A stretch of DNA of 64,000 nt from contig CANQDK010000007.1 of assembly GCA_947591785.1 (NCBI GenBank), positions 4,986-68,985 of the forward strand. Direction: 5' to 3'. Under the pieces are notes generated by a model, which was not told the DNA's origin, ran no database searches, and saw only the letters and a list, made by a program, of their open reading frames with translations. Positions 26,576 through 36,604 of this stretch are shown here, piece after piece. The DNA is from an uncultured Clostridia bacterium. GTDB lineage: Bacteria; Bacillota; Clostridia; Christensenellales; UBA1242. Position 1 is the first letter of the stretch, and each line of letters opens with the position of its first letter. A program made the position numbers and the translations under genes.

Positions 26576-28006
26576 TTACTCAATTTCTTCAGGCTTTTTG
26601 ACTTTTACTCTAACATAGATAACAAAAATTAAAAGTTCAATTATAAGTAATATAGGCAAAAGCAACGCAGGAATTAGAGTTTCTGGCTCCAACGATTCTC
26701 CTTTTGTGCTTGACAATAATGAAGCATCTTCATAGAATGTTGTTTCTTCTGTCAATTCACCATTTTTCATCTTTTCTGCCAAGGTTTCTATGTCAATCAC
26801 TTCACTATTTTCATTAAACCATTCTCCCTTTGAAAAAATGAACGATTTTTTATCCCATGTTCCATTTTCTAGAAGAGTCCAATCAATATCTCTCTGGAAA
26901 AGTTTATATTCTGAATATCTATTCCCACTCAAAAGTTCAAAATTTAATCTTATGATATATGTAATCTTATCTTTCTGCTCTTCTAATGAACCGTTTTGAA
27001 ATCCTTCTTGCGTCGTTGAAGAAATATATTTTTCGGCTATCATTTTGCTTGGAGCGATAATGCATTCAAGTCTTTGGCAATCTTTAAACACATCATCTCC
27101 AAGTTCAACATCATTGTTTGGCATTGCCACACTAATCAATTCTTGACAACCACTGAATGCTTGATGTCCAATATTTTCAACATTATCTGGAATTTTTATT
27201 GTTTGAATGGAACTTCCAGCAAAAGCACTTGTTTTAATTTTTATTAAAGAATCTGGAAGAAGAAGTGTTGTCAGTCCTTTCACTCCTGAGAAAGCCTGTT
27301 TTCCAATGGATTCAACATAATTTGGAACAATAGTGTTTTGGCAACCAACAACAATTTCTTTTGATTTTACATTTATAACTGCATTAATTTCTTCGCCATT
27401 GTCATTACTTGTGAAATTTTGATTTTCAAGGGCAACCCTAACAGTTTTCAATTTAGGACAAAACCCAAAGCACCCACCATCAATTTCAGATACTCTTGCA
27501 GGTATGTAGAGATTTTCTAAATTTTTCAAATTAAAGAATGTTTGCGAAACAAGTGTTAAGTTTTCTTCACCATCTTCCCATCTAATATCAATAAGGTTTT
27601 CATCATGAGAAAAAGCAAAAGTTCCAATTTTTGTAATATTGCTTGGAATATAAACTGACGCAATGGCTTTTTCACTGTCAAATGCAAAATTAGAAACTTC
27701 TTTCACACTCTCAATGTTTGGTAAAGACATTTTTATGTCCACCCTATCCCCAATAATATTCTTTGCAAGACGCGAAAAACCTGTAACAACTGATGGTTCA
27801 TTCTCTTTGTATGTGAAATGTTCAGGAAGATATATGTCAAAATTGTTTTCCAACAATGTTGGTTGAGTTTCAACTTGACTCTCTTCACATTGCCCATTAT
27901 CAACTTTAAAGTTTATGTTTGAAGAAGCAAATGCCTCTAAAAATCCTCCAACACAAACAAATAATAAAGCGACACAAATTGTAAAAATTATTCTTTTGAT
28001 TTTCAT
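26576..28006 (-). CDS. cell-surface BspA-type leucine-rich-repeat protein with C-terminal transmembrane anchor
   Basis: Signal peptide MKIKRIIFTICVALLFVCVGGFLEAFA. LRR_5-like units (IGTFAFSHDENLIDI, IGKQAFSGVKGLTTLLLPDSLIKIKTSAFAGSSIQTIKIPDNVENIGHQAFSGCQELISVAMP). C-terminal TM LIPALLLPILLIIELLIFVIYV followed by RVKVKK. Confidence 0.8.
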   Translation of the reverse strand: MKIKRIIFTICVALLFVCVGGFLEAFASSNINFKVDNGQCEESQVETQPTLLENNFDIYLPEHFTYKENEPSVVTGFSRLAKNIIGDRVDIKMSLPNIESVKEVSNFAFDSEKAIASVYIPSNITKIGTFAFSHDENLIDIRWEDGEENLTLVSQTFFNLKNLENLYIPARVSEIDGGCFGFCPKLKTVRVALENQNFTSNDNGEEINAVINVKSKEIVVGCQNTIVPNYVESIGKQAFSGVKGLTTLLLPDSLIKIKTSAFAGSSIQTIKIPDNVENIGHQAFSGCQELISVAMPNNDVELGDDVFKDCQRLECIIAPSKMIAEKYISSTTQEGFQNGSLEEQKDKITYIIRLNFELLSGNRYSEYKLFQRDIDWTLLENGTWDKKSFIFSKGEWFNENSEVIDIETLAEKMKNGELTEETTFYEDASLLSSTKGESLEPETLIPALLLPILLIIELLIFVIYVRVKVKKPEEIE

Positions 28007-28158
28007 AAAACCCTCAAAAAAATCTTAGTTTTATTTTAACACATTTTTATATAAGTGTCAATAAAAGAAAAGAAATAAAATATAATTCGCTAAAAATTTT
28101 ATATCAATAATTATGCTCTCAATTTGTTATCCAACTGAGAGCAAAATTGTTTAAAACT

Positions 28159-28235
28159 TGGTGCACTCGTGGGGATTCGAACCCAAGACCTTTCGTTCCG
28201 TAGACGAACGCTCTATCCAGCTGAGCTACGAGTGC
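28159..28235 (-). tRNA. tRNA-Arg (anticodon ACG), CCA encoded
   Basis: Reverse complement: GCACTCGTAGCTCAGCTGGATAGAGCGTTCGTCTACGGAACGAAAGGTCTTGGGTTCGAATCCCCACGAGTGCACCA. Anticodon loop CT-ACG-GA. Confidence 0.9.
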
Positions 28236-28264
28236 ATATATTTTCAATTTTTATTTGCTTTGAT

Positions 28265-28293
28265 ATTATAGCAAAGTTTATTGAAAATGTCCA
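28265..28293 (-). promoter_or_regulatory. putative promoter of tRNA-Arg (TGGACA-17 nt-TATAAT)
   Basis: On the minus strand, TGGACA is at 28288-28293 and TATAAT at 28265-28270. Confidence 0.45.
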
Positions 28294-28352
28294 CACTTTT
28301 TTGAAAAAATCACAATATTTTATAAAAAAAAGAAAGTCTATTTGCTTTCTTT

Positions 28353-29306
28353 TTATTTCTTTTTTCTCTTTTTTATTGTCATTGTAAAGAAATTTGTCTT
28401 TTTATTTGAATAGAAAATTATCATTAAAACTGCAAAAAGAACAATAGACAATGTCAGTGCAAAAGTCATCCACCAAGCAGGAATTCTAGCCCCAAAAATT
28501 TGAAGCTCAATCGCGTAGTTTGTTTTAAGGGTTTGCACAATTTCTGGTGACAAAACTTGCAACATTTTTTGCATCGGGCCTCGCAAGAAAAAGTTTCTAT
28601 AAAGCCCTGCCGAATATGTCCCTGGAACAAAGCAAGTGAGATATTGAATTGGAACAGGAAGCATGCTAACTGGCAAATATGCTCCAATCAAGAAACCAAT
28701 CACTGTGGTAAAAATGCTTCCAAAAGCAGATTGAGCCGCACTGGTTTTAACGAAACTTAGCATCAAAACCACTGCAAACGCTGCTGAAAGTGTTGATAAA
28801 ACAGTTATGCCTAGGATTGCAATGAAATCAATAAAAGTCATAAACAGTCCGTCCGTGCAAACAAGATAAATCATTGAAATTGCAAGTATTATCAAAGCTA
28901 TACAAAGGGTTATTACAAACGTAGAAATGACATAACTAGCATACAAAACCCATCTTTTGATTGGTGCTGCCAAAACATCATTAACATTTCCCTGCTCTCT
29001 ATCACGAACCATTATAGCACACGCATTAAATGCGACAGTGATACAAGATACGCTTAAAACACCACAAATCATCCAATTGTTTATCATTATATTTGCAAGT
29101 GAAACAATGACTGCTTTGTCAACTGAAGCGTCTGTTATTGCGTTGACGATAGAATCAACCTGCATTTTACCCAAAAATAAAATATACAACAAAAGCACAA
29201 TAATTGGTGCTAGCAATGAAAAGAACACTGCCATTTTGTCACGCATATAAATTTTGATGTTACGCTTTACTAAAGAGCAGAGCGGAAGAAATATCGAATT
29301 TTTCAT
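28353..29306 (-). CDS. ABC-2 type transporter permease
   Basis: 317 aa with about 6 TM helices. It lies immediately downstream of the ATPase gene, with typical ABC-2 exporter organisation. Confidence 0.8.
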   Translation of the reverse strand: MKNSIFLPLCSLVKRNIKIYMRDKMAVFFSLLAPIIVLLLYILFLGKMQVDSIVNAITDASVDKAVIVSLANIMINNWMICGVLSVSCITVAFNACAIMVRDREQGNVNDVLAAPIKRWVLYASYVISTFVITLCIALIILAISMIYLVCTDGLFMTFIDFIAILGITVLSTLSAAFAVVLMLSFVKTSAAQSAFGSIFTTVIGFLIGAYLPVSMLPVPIQYLTCFVPGTYSAGLYRNFFLRGPMQKMLQVLSPEIVQTLKTNYAIELQIFGARIPAWWMTFALTLSIVLFAVLMIIFYSNKKTNFFTMTIKKRKKK

Positions 29307-29332
29307 AGTTATCCCTAAAATTTGCTTTTCCC

Positions 29333-30262
29333 TTAATTTTGTAATTTCTTTCCTGTTATATTCAAGAACACATCGTCCATATCGCCTTTGAGAACTTCAA
29401 AATCGGTGATATATTTGGAATATTTGTTTATAAATTCCCTTGCATCAATGCTATCTGTAACTTTGATTGAATAACAATCACCTTCATATCTAATTTCTCT
29501 GTCGCAAGCACTTTCAAATTCTTTATTTCGTGGCATATATGCCTTGATGTAATCACTTGAATATGCAACTTTCAAATTGTGTGGAGTGTCTGTTGCAACA
29601 ATTTTTCCAGCATCTATCATCACAACTTTGTCTGCTTTGCTTGCCTCTTCCATGTAATGTGTTGTCAAGAATACAGTCATTTTTTGTGATACACGAAGTT
29701 TTTCTATCAAATTCCAAATCTTCACACGCGTTTGCGGGTCAAGCCCAGTTGTGGGTTCGTCAAGAATTAATATTTTTGGCATATTAATCAATCCTCTGGC
29801 AATATCAACTCTCCTTTTTTGCCCACCACTCAATGTCTTGACAGGTTTTTTCAGCAAACTGTTTAAGTCTAATAAATCACATAAGAATTTAAGTCTTTTT
29901 TTCCAAACATCACCTTTAAGCCCATAAAATCCTGCCCTTATGTTTAAGTTGTCTTTCACTGTCAAAATCTTGTCTAAAGTTGAGTTTTGAAAAACCACTC
30001 CAATAAGCCCTTTGATTTTTTCAGGATTTTCATCAAGGTCCAAACCATTTACAAAAATTTTCCCACTATCCTTTTTAAGAATAGAACAAAGAATGTTGAT
30101 TGTTGTAGATTTTCCAGCACCATTAACCCCTAAAAAAGCAAAAAGGCTGCCCCTTTGCACATCAAAAGAAATGCCATCAACAGCTTTAACATTCCCATAA
30201 TTCTTTTTTAAATCTTTTACTTCAATAATTTTTTCATTTATTTCTTCAATTTTTTCTTCCAT
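29333..30262 (-). CDS. ABC transporter ATP-binding protein
   Basis: Walker A GVNGAGKST, signature LSGGQKRR, Walker B ILILDEPTTGLD, and an H-loop TTHYM. Confidence 0.92.
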   Translation of the reverse strand: MEEKIEEINEKIIEVKDLKKNYGNVKAVDGISFDVQRGSLFAFLGVNGAGKSTTINILCSILKKDSGKIFVNGLDLDENPEKIKGLIGVVFQNSTLDKILTVKDNLNIRAGFYGLKGDVWKKRLKFLCDLLDLNSLLKKPVKTLSGGQKRRVDIARGLINMPKILILDEPTTGLDPQTRVKIWNLIEKLRVSQKMTVFLTTHYMEEASKADKVVMIDAGKIVATDTPHNLKVAYSSDYIKAYMPRNKEFESACDREIRYEGDCYSIKVTDSIDAREFINKYSKYITDFEVLKGDMDDVFLNITGKKLQN

Positions 30263-30425
30263 AGACTTCCCGTTTTATTTATCACTTTTGTCAAGGACAA
30301 AATTTATGGCTCAATTTTCTTTATTATAATATTTTTTTCAGAATTCTCAAAACGATTTATTAAGATTTGGCCAAATAATTGAAAAATGTATTTGATTAGT
30401 TTTCTTTGATTCTCAAGATTGCCTA

Positions 30426-30815
30426 CTAATCATTTGCTGTTATAACAACATCAACACCAGTATTTAGGACATTTTTTAGAACGACATCTCCAAATTTAAC
30501 CTTCCCTAAACGCAACTTTTCAATTTCCTTAACACATTCAAACATTAAACTTTTTGGAATTGGAGCAGTTGTTTTACATGATTTTACTCCGTCAATGGTT
30601 TTAACAGATGTCGTTACGGTTCTTTTTGGACACGAAATTTCTTCCTTCGCAAAAACCACTCCGCGATTGCAACCATTCCCTTTAACAAGAACTTCGCCAT
30701 CAACAACTTTCACAGAAAGATTACAACCCATAGGGCACATAATGCAAATCATTTCCCTATCTAGATTTTTTGAATCTTTGACTTCTTTTGTGGAATTTTT
30801 ATTATTTTCTTTCAT
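30426..30815 (-). CDS. DUF1667 domain protein (third subunit of the FAD-dependent glycerol-3-phosphate dehydrogenase-like set)
   Basis: Cys motif CIMCPMGCNL.V......V.GNGCNRG is typical of DUF1667. The start is set at MKENNK, preceded by GAGGTG. Confidence 0.8.
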   Translation of the reverse strand: MKENNKNSTKEVKDSKNLDREMICIMCPMGCNLSVKVVDGEVLVKGNGCNRGVVFAKEEISCPKRTVTTSVKTIDGVKSCKTTAPIPKSLMFECVKEIEKLRLGKVKFGDVVLKNVLNTGVDVVITAND

Positions 30816-30835
30816 TTTTTCACCTCTTAACAGAT

Positions 30836-32074
30836 TCATTCAATCTGAAGCTCAATTTCACCCTTAGCACCATTTTTTTCAAAACTAAATTTCATCATTT
30901 CACCAGGTATTCCAGCCAAAACATATTTCTTTCCAAGAATATTTGCACCGCATTTTGCAACAATAGTTTTTTTGACAACTTTTTCCTTTAAACGAAATTT
31001 AACTTCAACTTGTCCTGCCCCTTCGTATATTATTGATGGCAAAACATAAGAAAAACCGCTTCCAGCCTTAATATAAATCTTTTCCGCTGTGCTTGGAAGT
31101 TTTTTGTGAGCAAAATCGCTTGCATATTTCCCAGCTTGTTCCGCCTCCAACGCGACATTGTCAACAAGGTCATGTATATGCAAAATGTTCCCACAAGAAA
31201 AAAGCCAAGGTTTTTGTGTTTGGTAAAATTCATTCACCACAGCACCGTTTGTAACACGAGATTTCTCAACTTCTGGAGACAGTTCCATTTCTGGAATCAA
31301 ACCAACTGACAAAACAACTGTATCACATTTTAAAAATTTTCTTGTGCTTTCAATCGGTTGGAATTTTTCATCAACTTTACCATAGTAAACTCCTTCCACA
31401 TGCTCTTTTCCAACAACTTCAAAAATTGTGGTGTTGAGATATAAAGGAATATCGAAGTCCTCTAAACATTGCATAATATTTCTGCGAAGTCCCCCACTTG
31501 TGCTGTTAATTTCTAAAACTGCATGAACTTTTGCACCTTCCAAAGTCAATCTGCGTGCCATAATCAGCCCAATATCCCCACTTCCTAAAATGACAACATC
31601 TTTTCCAACCATCTTTCCATCAATATTAACCATTTTTTGCACTGTTCCAGCAGTGAGAACTCCCATCGGTCTTGTTCCGCAAAGGTTAATATTTCCTGCG
31701 GTTCTTTCTCGACAGCCCATACACATCACAACCGATTTTGCTTGAATTTGTTCAAAACCATTTGCTCCTAAAACTTCAACAATTCCAGTAGAATTTTTCC
31801 CTTCATCAATCTTTGTCACAAGAGTGTTGAGTCTTATTTCAATATTTTTTTCTGCTTCCACCATTTTTCTAAAACGATGTGCAAATTCAGGGCCAGTCAA
31901 CTCTTCCTTAAAGTAGTGCAATCCAAAGCCATTATGAATACATTGATTAAGAATCCCACCTAAAACAGCATCTCTTTCAACCAAAATCACATGACTTCCA
32001 TTTCTTGATGCAGAAATAGCACAACTCATTCCAGCTGGTCCACCACCAAGCACAAGAACATCTGTTTTTGTCAT
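30836..32074 (-). CDS. NAD(P)/FAD-dependent pyridine-nucleotide-disulfide-family oxidoreductase
   Basis: Two Rossmann motifs, VLVLGGGPAGMSCA and VVILGSGDIGLIMA. It sits in the conserved position between the GlpA-like and DUF1667 genes. Confidence 0.85.
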   Translation of the reverse strand: MTKTDVLVLGGGPAGMSCAISASRNGSHVILVERDAVLGGILNQCIHNGFGLHYFKEELTGPEFAHRFRKMVEAEKNIEIRLNTLVTKIDEGKNSTGIVEVLGANGFEQIQAKSVVMCMGCRERTAGNINLCGTRPMGVLTAGTVQKMVNIDGKMVGKDVVILGSGDIGLIMARRLTLEGAKVHAVLEINSTSGGLRRNIMQCLEDFDIPLYLNTTIFEVVGKEHVEGVYYGKVDEKFQPIESTRKFLKCDTVVLSVGLIPEMELSPEVEKSRVTNGAVVNEFYQTQKPWLFSCGNILHIHDLVDNVALEAEQAGKYASDFAHKKLPSTAEKIYIKAGSGFSYVLPSIIYEGAGQVEVKFRLKEKVVKKTIVAKCGANILGKKYVLAGIPGEMMKFSFEKNGAKGEIELQIE

Positions 32075-32087
32075 ATTTTTTCTCCTT

Positions 32088-33560
32088 TCATTTTTTAGTG
32101 AATTTACCTTTTATGACTTTTTTGGTTGTTGTAGGGAAGTCTGAAGTTGAAAAATTCCTTATATTTCCTTTTGCAACTTCGCTTCCACGATTTTCCTTTA
32201 AGACATCTTCATATTTTATGCCACGTTCTTCACAAATCGTTTTAATAACTTTGGTAAAACAAAACCCACCTTGACACCTGCCCATGCCAGCATTAGTTCT
32301 TCGTTTCACCCCATCTGTGGAACGGATTTTTAATGGGCGGTTTAGAGACTGAATGATGTCGCCTTTTGTAATTTTTTCGCACTTACAAACAATCTGCCCA
32401 TATCTAGGGTCTTTTTTTAGTGCATCTTCTTGCTCCTGTTTTGTCATGTTTTTAAACAAAGTGAATTTTGGCAACGATTTAAGATTTTCTTTTTCTTTAT
32501 CCTTAAACTCAAGCAGTTTGACAACCATTTCCGCTATGGCTGGGGCTGATGTTAGCCCTGGAGAACAAATCCCAGCCAAATTTATCACTCCGTCAATCTT
32601 CTTTGACTTTTCAATTACAAAATCATTTCCGCAAATCGAACGAATCCCCGAAAATTCACGAATCGCTTTTCTAAAATTTAAATCTTTAACTGATTGAGCG
32701 GATTTTTGTTTGATTGTTTCAAGCCCTTCGCGAGTGACAACAGTCCTTGTGTCATCATTCACACTCGTTGGTCCAACAAGAGCATTTCCATCAACGGTTG
32801 GTGTGGCCAAAACACCTTTCCCCATTTCAGTTGGAAGTGGAAAGATTGTGAGAGGAATTTCTTTTGAACTATCTTCATCTAAAACAAAATATTCTCCACG
32901 TCTAAAAATCAATTTGTGTTTTTCAGAACCTATAATTTTTGCAACATCGTTATATCCATCTCCAGCACTATTTACAATCTTTTTTGCATGAAAAACATTT
33001 CTCTTTGTCTTTATCTCAAAGCAGTTTTCCAATTTTTTCACAGACACCAAATCTTCTTCAAGGCTCACATCTCCACCATTAATGATTGCCTCATCAACAA
33101 GCGATATTGTGAGATAATAAGGATTGACTATTGCAGAGGTTGGAGCAAATAAACCTATTGAAATGTTGTCTGCAATGTTTGGAACTTTTTCAAGAATCTT
33201 ATCCCTATTCCATATTTCTACAGGAACACCATTTTGTTCAGCTCTATTCTTTAAAGCCAAAATCTTTTCTTCATTATCACCAACAACAATTGCACCACAA
33301 TTACAAAATGGAACATTAAGCCTTTGGCAAAGTGATGGATAGAGTGCATTTCCACGAACATTTAACTTTGCTTTTAGAGTGTTTGGCATTGGATCATATC
33401 CTGAATGAACAATTCCACTGTTTGCCTTACTTGCACCAGTTGCAACATCACTTGCCTTATCAAGAAGAAGACATTTCTTTCCTATACGGACAAGTTTATT
33501 AAAAATTGATGCTCCAACAACCCCAGCACCAACAACACAACAGTCATAAATTTTATTCAA
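32088..33560 (-). CDS. FAD-dependent glycerol-3-phosphate dehydrogenase/oxidase-like protein with BFD-like [2Fe-2S] domain
   Basis: N-terminal DAO-type motif YDCCVVGAGVVGASI...ASKANSGIVHSG. C-terminal VCKCEKITKGDI...GMGRCQGGFC. Confidence 0.85.
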   Translation of the reverse strand: MNKIYDCCVVGAGVVGASIFNKLVRIGKKCLLLDKASDVATGASKANSGIVHSGYDPMPNTLKAKLNVRGNALYPSLCQRLNVPFCNCGAIVVGDNEEKILALKNRAEQNGVPVEIWNRDKILEKVPNIADNISIGLFAPTSAIVNPYYLTISLVDEAIINGGDVSLEEDLVSVKKLENCFEIKTKRNVFHAKKIVNSAGDGYNDVAKIIGSEKHKLIFRRGEYFVLDEDSSKEIPLTIFPLPTEMGKGVLATPTVDGNALVGPTSVNDDTRTVVTREGLETIKQKSAQSVKDLNFRKAIREFSGIRSICGNDFVIEKSKKIDGVINLAGICSPGLTSAPAIAEMVVKLLEFKDKEKENLKSLPKFTLFKNMTKQEQEDALKKDPRYGQIVCKCEKITKGDIIQSLNRPLKIRSTDGVKRRTNAGMGRCQGGFCFTKVIKTICEERGIKYEDVLKENRGSEVAKGNIRNFSTSDFPTTTKKVIKGKFTKK

Positions 33561-33720
33561 CTCTTCCTCCTTATGTCATTTGAGCAAAAACATTGTTATT
33601 TACTTTATATAAATTTTAGCCATAAAACAAAATAAATGTCAAATAAATTAGGAATTTTTGAAATTTGTTTTATTAAACAAAAAAATTGTGTTAAAATTAT
33701 ATAAAAATGAAAGGTGGATT

Positions 33721-35175
33721 ATGAGAAAATTTGTTCTTGGCCTTGATGAAGGCACAACAAGTTTACGTGCAGTTTTATATAATGTTGAAAAGCATCAAAT
33801 TGCTGATTCAAGTTCACTCCCTTTGAAAACATTCTATCCAAATGATGCTTGGGTGGAACAAGATGCTGAAGAGATTTTAAATAAAATTGTGAAAGTTTCA
33901 AAAACAGTTTTGAAAAACTCCTCTGTCGAAAAAAACGAACTTCTTGCTGTTGCTTTGACAAATCAACGAGAAGCCGTTGTTGCTTGGGATAAACTCACTG
34001 GAAAACCAGTATGTCGAATGATTGGATGGCAATGTCGTCGCACTAGTGCAATGATAAAAAAACTAACCATACAGGAAAGAGATGAAATCAAACAAAAAAC
34101 AGGCTTAATTGCAAATCCATATTTTAGTGCAACAAAAATGAAATGGATTCTTGAAAACTGCAAAGAAGCACGTGTATTAGCAAAGAAAAAACAACTTTGC
34201 TTTGGAACTATTGACAGTTTCTTGGCATTTCGCTTGACTGGAAATTTTGTAACAGACACCACAAACGCAAGCAGAACAATGCTTATGAATCTTCACACTT
34301 TGGATTGGGACGATGATTTATTAAAAAAATTTAAAATTGACAAAGAAATGCTTCCAAAGATTTTGCCTTGTGATGCTCATTTCGGAAATATTAAAAGATT
34401 CTTAAATGCTCCCCTTCTTGCTATTATAGGCGATCAACAGTCCAGCATGGTTGGACAAGGAGTCATTTCCGCAGGAGAAAGCAAAGTCACATTTGGAACA
34501 GGGGGATTTGTTTTAACAAATCTTGGAGAAAATTCATCAAACAAAGATTTCCCAAACCTTCTCACAACGGTTGCTCGGACAATACATGGAAAAACCGACT
34601 ATGCAATTGAAGGAAGCATCTATTCAGCATGTAGTGCGGTTAATTTTTTGAAGTCTCTAGGTTTGTTTGTAAATGTTCAAGACACAGAAAAAATGGCTCA
34701 AAGTTTATCATCAAACGAAGGAGTTTACTTCGTTCCTGCCTTCACAGGACTTGGAGCACCTTACTGGAAAGATGATTCTCGTGGAGCGATTCTGGGAATG
34801 ACTTATGACACAACAAAAAATCATATTGTCAGGGCTTGTCTTGAAAGTATGGCATACAACACAAAGGCAGTTTTTGATGAAATTAAGCAAAATGGACAGA
34901 AACTTGGATTAATAAGTGTTGATGGCGGTGGAAGTAAGAACAATTTTGTTTTACAATTTTTGGCAGATATGTTAAATCACAAAATTGTCAAAAGTAAAGA
35001 AAGCGAATCAACCGTTATGGGTGCAATTTACATCGCCTTATTAAATCTTGGAATTCTTTGTCGAGCAGATATAAAAGAATTGACATCATCAAACAAAATT
35101 TATGAACCTAAAATGACAGAAAGCGAACGAAAACATCTATATGACGGTTGGATTAAAGCAATTAAAAAAGTTTAA
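33721..35175 (+). CDS. glpK: glycerol kinase
   Basis: FGGY kinase motifs LGLDEGTTSLRAVLY, NQREAVVAWD, FGTGGF and DGGGSKN. ATG at 33721 is preceded by AAAGGTGG. The ORF-track extension to 33658 is not credible. Confidence 0.95.
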   Translation: MRKFVLGLDEGTTSLRAVLYNVEKHQIADSSSLPLKTFYPNDAWVEQDAEEILNKIVKVSKTVLKNSSVEKNELLAVALTNQREAVVAWDKLTGKPVCRMIGWQCRRTSAMIKKLTIQERDEIKQKTGLIANPYFSATKMKWILENCKEARVLAKKKQLCFGTIDSFLAFRLTGNFVTDTTNASRTMLMNLHTLDWDDDLLKKFKIDKEMLPKILPCDAHFGNIKRFLNAPLLAIIGDQQSSMVGQGVISAGESKVTFGTGGFVLTNLGENSSNKDFPNLLTTVARTIHGKTDYAIEGSIYSACSAVNFLKSLGLFVNVQDTEKMAQSLSSNEGVYFVPAFTGLGAPYWKDDSRGAILGMTYDTTKNHIVRACLESMAYNTKAVFDEIKQNGQKLGLISVDGGGSKNNFVLQFLADMLNHKIVKSKESESTVMGAIYIALLNLGILCRADIKELTSSNKIYEPKMTESERKHLYDGWIKAIKKV

Positions 35176-35188
35176 AAAGGAGAAAAAC

Positions 35189-36541
35189 ATGGAAAAAGAA
35201 CAAAAAAAAGAGGAATTATCAAAAAAAACTGCAAAGCAAACAAATAATGCAACGTCAAAAAAATCGACAGTAAATGCAAAAAATTCAAAAAATGCTAAGG
35301 CATCAACAACAAAAAAAACTGAATCTCACGAAAATAAATCAACAAACAAGAAAGCAAATGCAAAAAAAACCGAAATAGAATCAAACAAAAAATCCAAAAA
35401 AATTGAAGAAAAATCAGACAAAAACAGCAAAATAATTGAAAAAAACACAAAAAATGGCAAAACCAAGAATAATCAACCTGAAAAAGAAGTATCTCTTGAA
35501 GCAAATCCTAAATCAAATGTTGTTAAATCTGCCACTCCAAACAAAAGTTCAAAAAATAAAAAATCAGAAAAAAATGAAAAAATAAAAACACCAAAAAAGA
35601 AAAATGAAGAGAAGAAAACGGCAACAAAAACCGAACTTACAAATGAAGACATTGACCATTCAGGAACATTTGTTTGGGTTGAAGGATTTCACAACTTACC
35701 AATTTACACAATGATTTACGATAAAGTCATTTCACCAAAAGCGGTTGTTTTAATTATTCATGGAATGCAAGAACATTGTCAGCGTTATGATTCTTTTGCA
35801 AAGTTTTTAAATACTAATGGCTACATTGTTGTGACAAGCGACCTTAGAGGACATGGCAGGACTATGAAAGATAAAAGTGAATATGGGCATGGTGAGAAAG
35901 ATATTTTTTCCGAATGTGTTAAAGACCAACTTTGCATACTTCAACAAATTCGCGGAACTTGGAATTTGCCAATATATTTGTTTGGACATTCTTTTGGTTC
36001 TTTTGTTTCGCAAAGTCTTATACAACAAACAAATGAAATTGAAAAAGTCGTTTTGTGCGGTTCAACAAATGGTGGTTGTGCCATTTTCAAAATGGGAAGT
36101 GCTTTGCTCAGTTTAATGAAACCTTTCCAAAAAAATGATAAACGTGGCGGTTTGGCAGAAAAGTTATGCGTTAAAAATTTTGGAAAAAAATTTGAACGAG
36201 GGAATTGGCTATCTCGTGATGAAGCTGTTTTTGACAAATATCAAGCCGATGAATTTTGTGGAGGTAGTTTTCCATTCAGTTTTTACTATTCCATGATAAA
36301 AAATATGACTAAAGTCAATCGCGGGATAAACAAAATCGGTGCAAAGAAGCTTCTCTTAATTGCTGGGACGAACGACCCTGTCAGTCAAAACTCAAAACAA
36401 GTTAAAAAACTGCATAAATTACTTTTAAAATCAAATGTTGATGCAAAAATAAAACTATATGAAAATGCTCGTCATGAACTTATTAACGAAATTAATCGTG
36501 AAGAAGTTTATAAAGATGTCTTAAATTTCTTTGACAACTAA
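35189..36541 (+). CDS. alpha/beta hydrolase (monoacylglycerol lipase / lysophospholipase-like) with ~165-aa lysine-rich N-terminal extension
   Basis: HGMQEHCQRYDSFAKFLNTNGYIVVTSDLRGHGRT, nucleophile elbow GHSFGS, and C-terminal ...ARHELINE. The start is at MEKEQKK, preceded by AAGGAGAAA, 14 nt after the glpK stop. Confidence 0.85.
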   Translation: MEKEQKKEELSKKTAKQTNNATSKKSTVNAKNSKNAKASTTKKTESHENKSTNKKANAKKTEIESNKKSKKIEEKSDKNSKIIEKNTKNGKTKNNQPEKEVSLEANPKSNVVKSATPNKSSKNKKSEKNEKIKTPKKKNEEKKTATKTELTNEDIDHSGTFVWVEGFHNLPIYTMIYDKVISPKAVVLIIHGMQEHCQRYDSFAKFLNTNGYIVVTSDLRGHGRTMKDKSEYGHGEKDIFSECVKDQLCILQQIRGTWNLPIYLFGHSFGSFVSQSLIQQTNEIEKVVLCGSTNGGCAIFKMGSALLSLMKPFQKNDKRGGLAEKLCVKNFGKKFERGNWLSRDEAVFDKYQADEFCGGSFPFSFYYSMIKNMTKVNRGINKIGAKKLLLIAGTNDPVSQNSKQVKKLHKLLLKSNVDAKIKLYENARHELINEINREEVYKDVLNFFDN

Positions 36542-36604
36542 AAACTAAAATTACTTGCAATCATATTAAAAGATAAAAAAATTTATTTAAAAAAGGAGAA
36601 AAAT

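Noticed and set aside
28115-28142. Hairpin GCTCTCA-(14 nt)-TGAGAGC just downstream of tRNA-Arg as a terminator
   Set aside because: There is no U-tract on the relevant strand and the loop is large. It may be a processing element, but the evidence is too weak to annotate.
33658-33720. Upstream extensions of glpK (33658) and of the hydrolase gene (35141, overlapping the glpK 3' end)
   Set aside because: Both begin at non-ATG or unsupported starts without an RBS. Internal ATGs at 33721 and 35189 have strong Shine-Dalgarno sequences and, for glpK, give the family-typical N-terminus.
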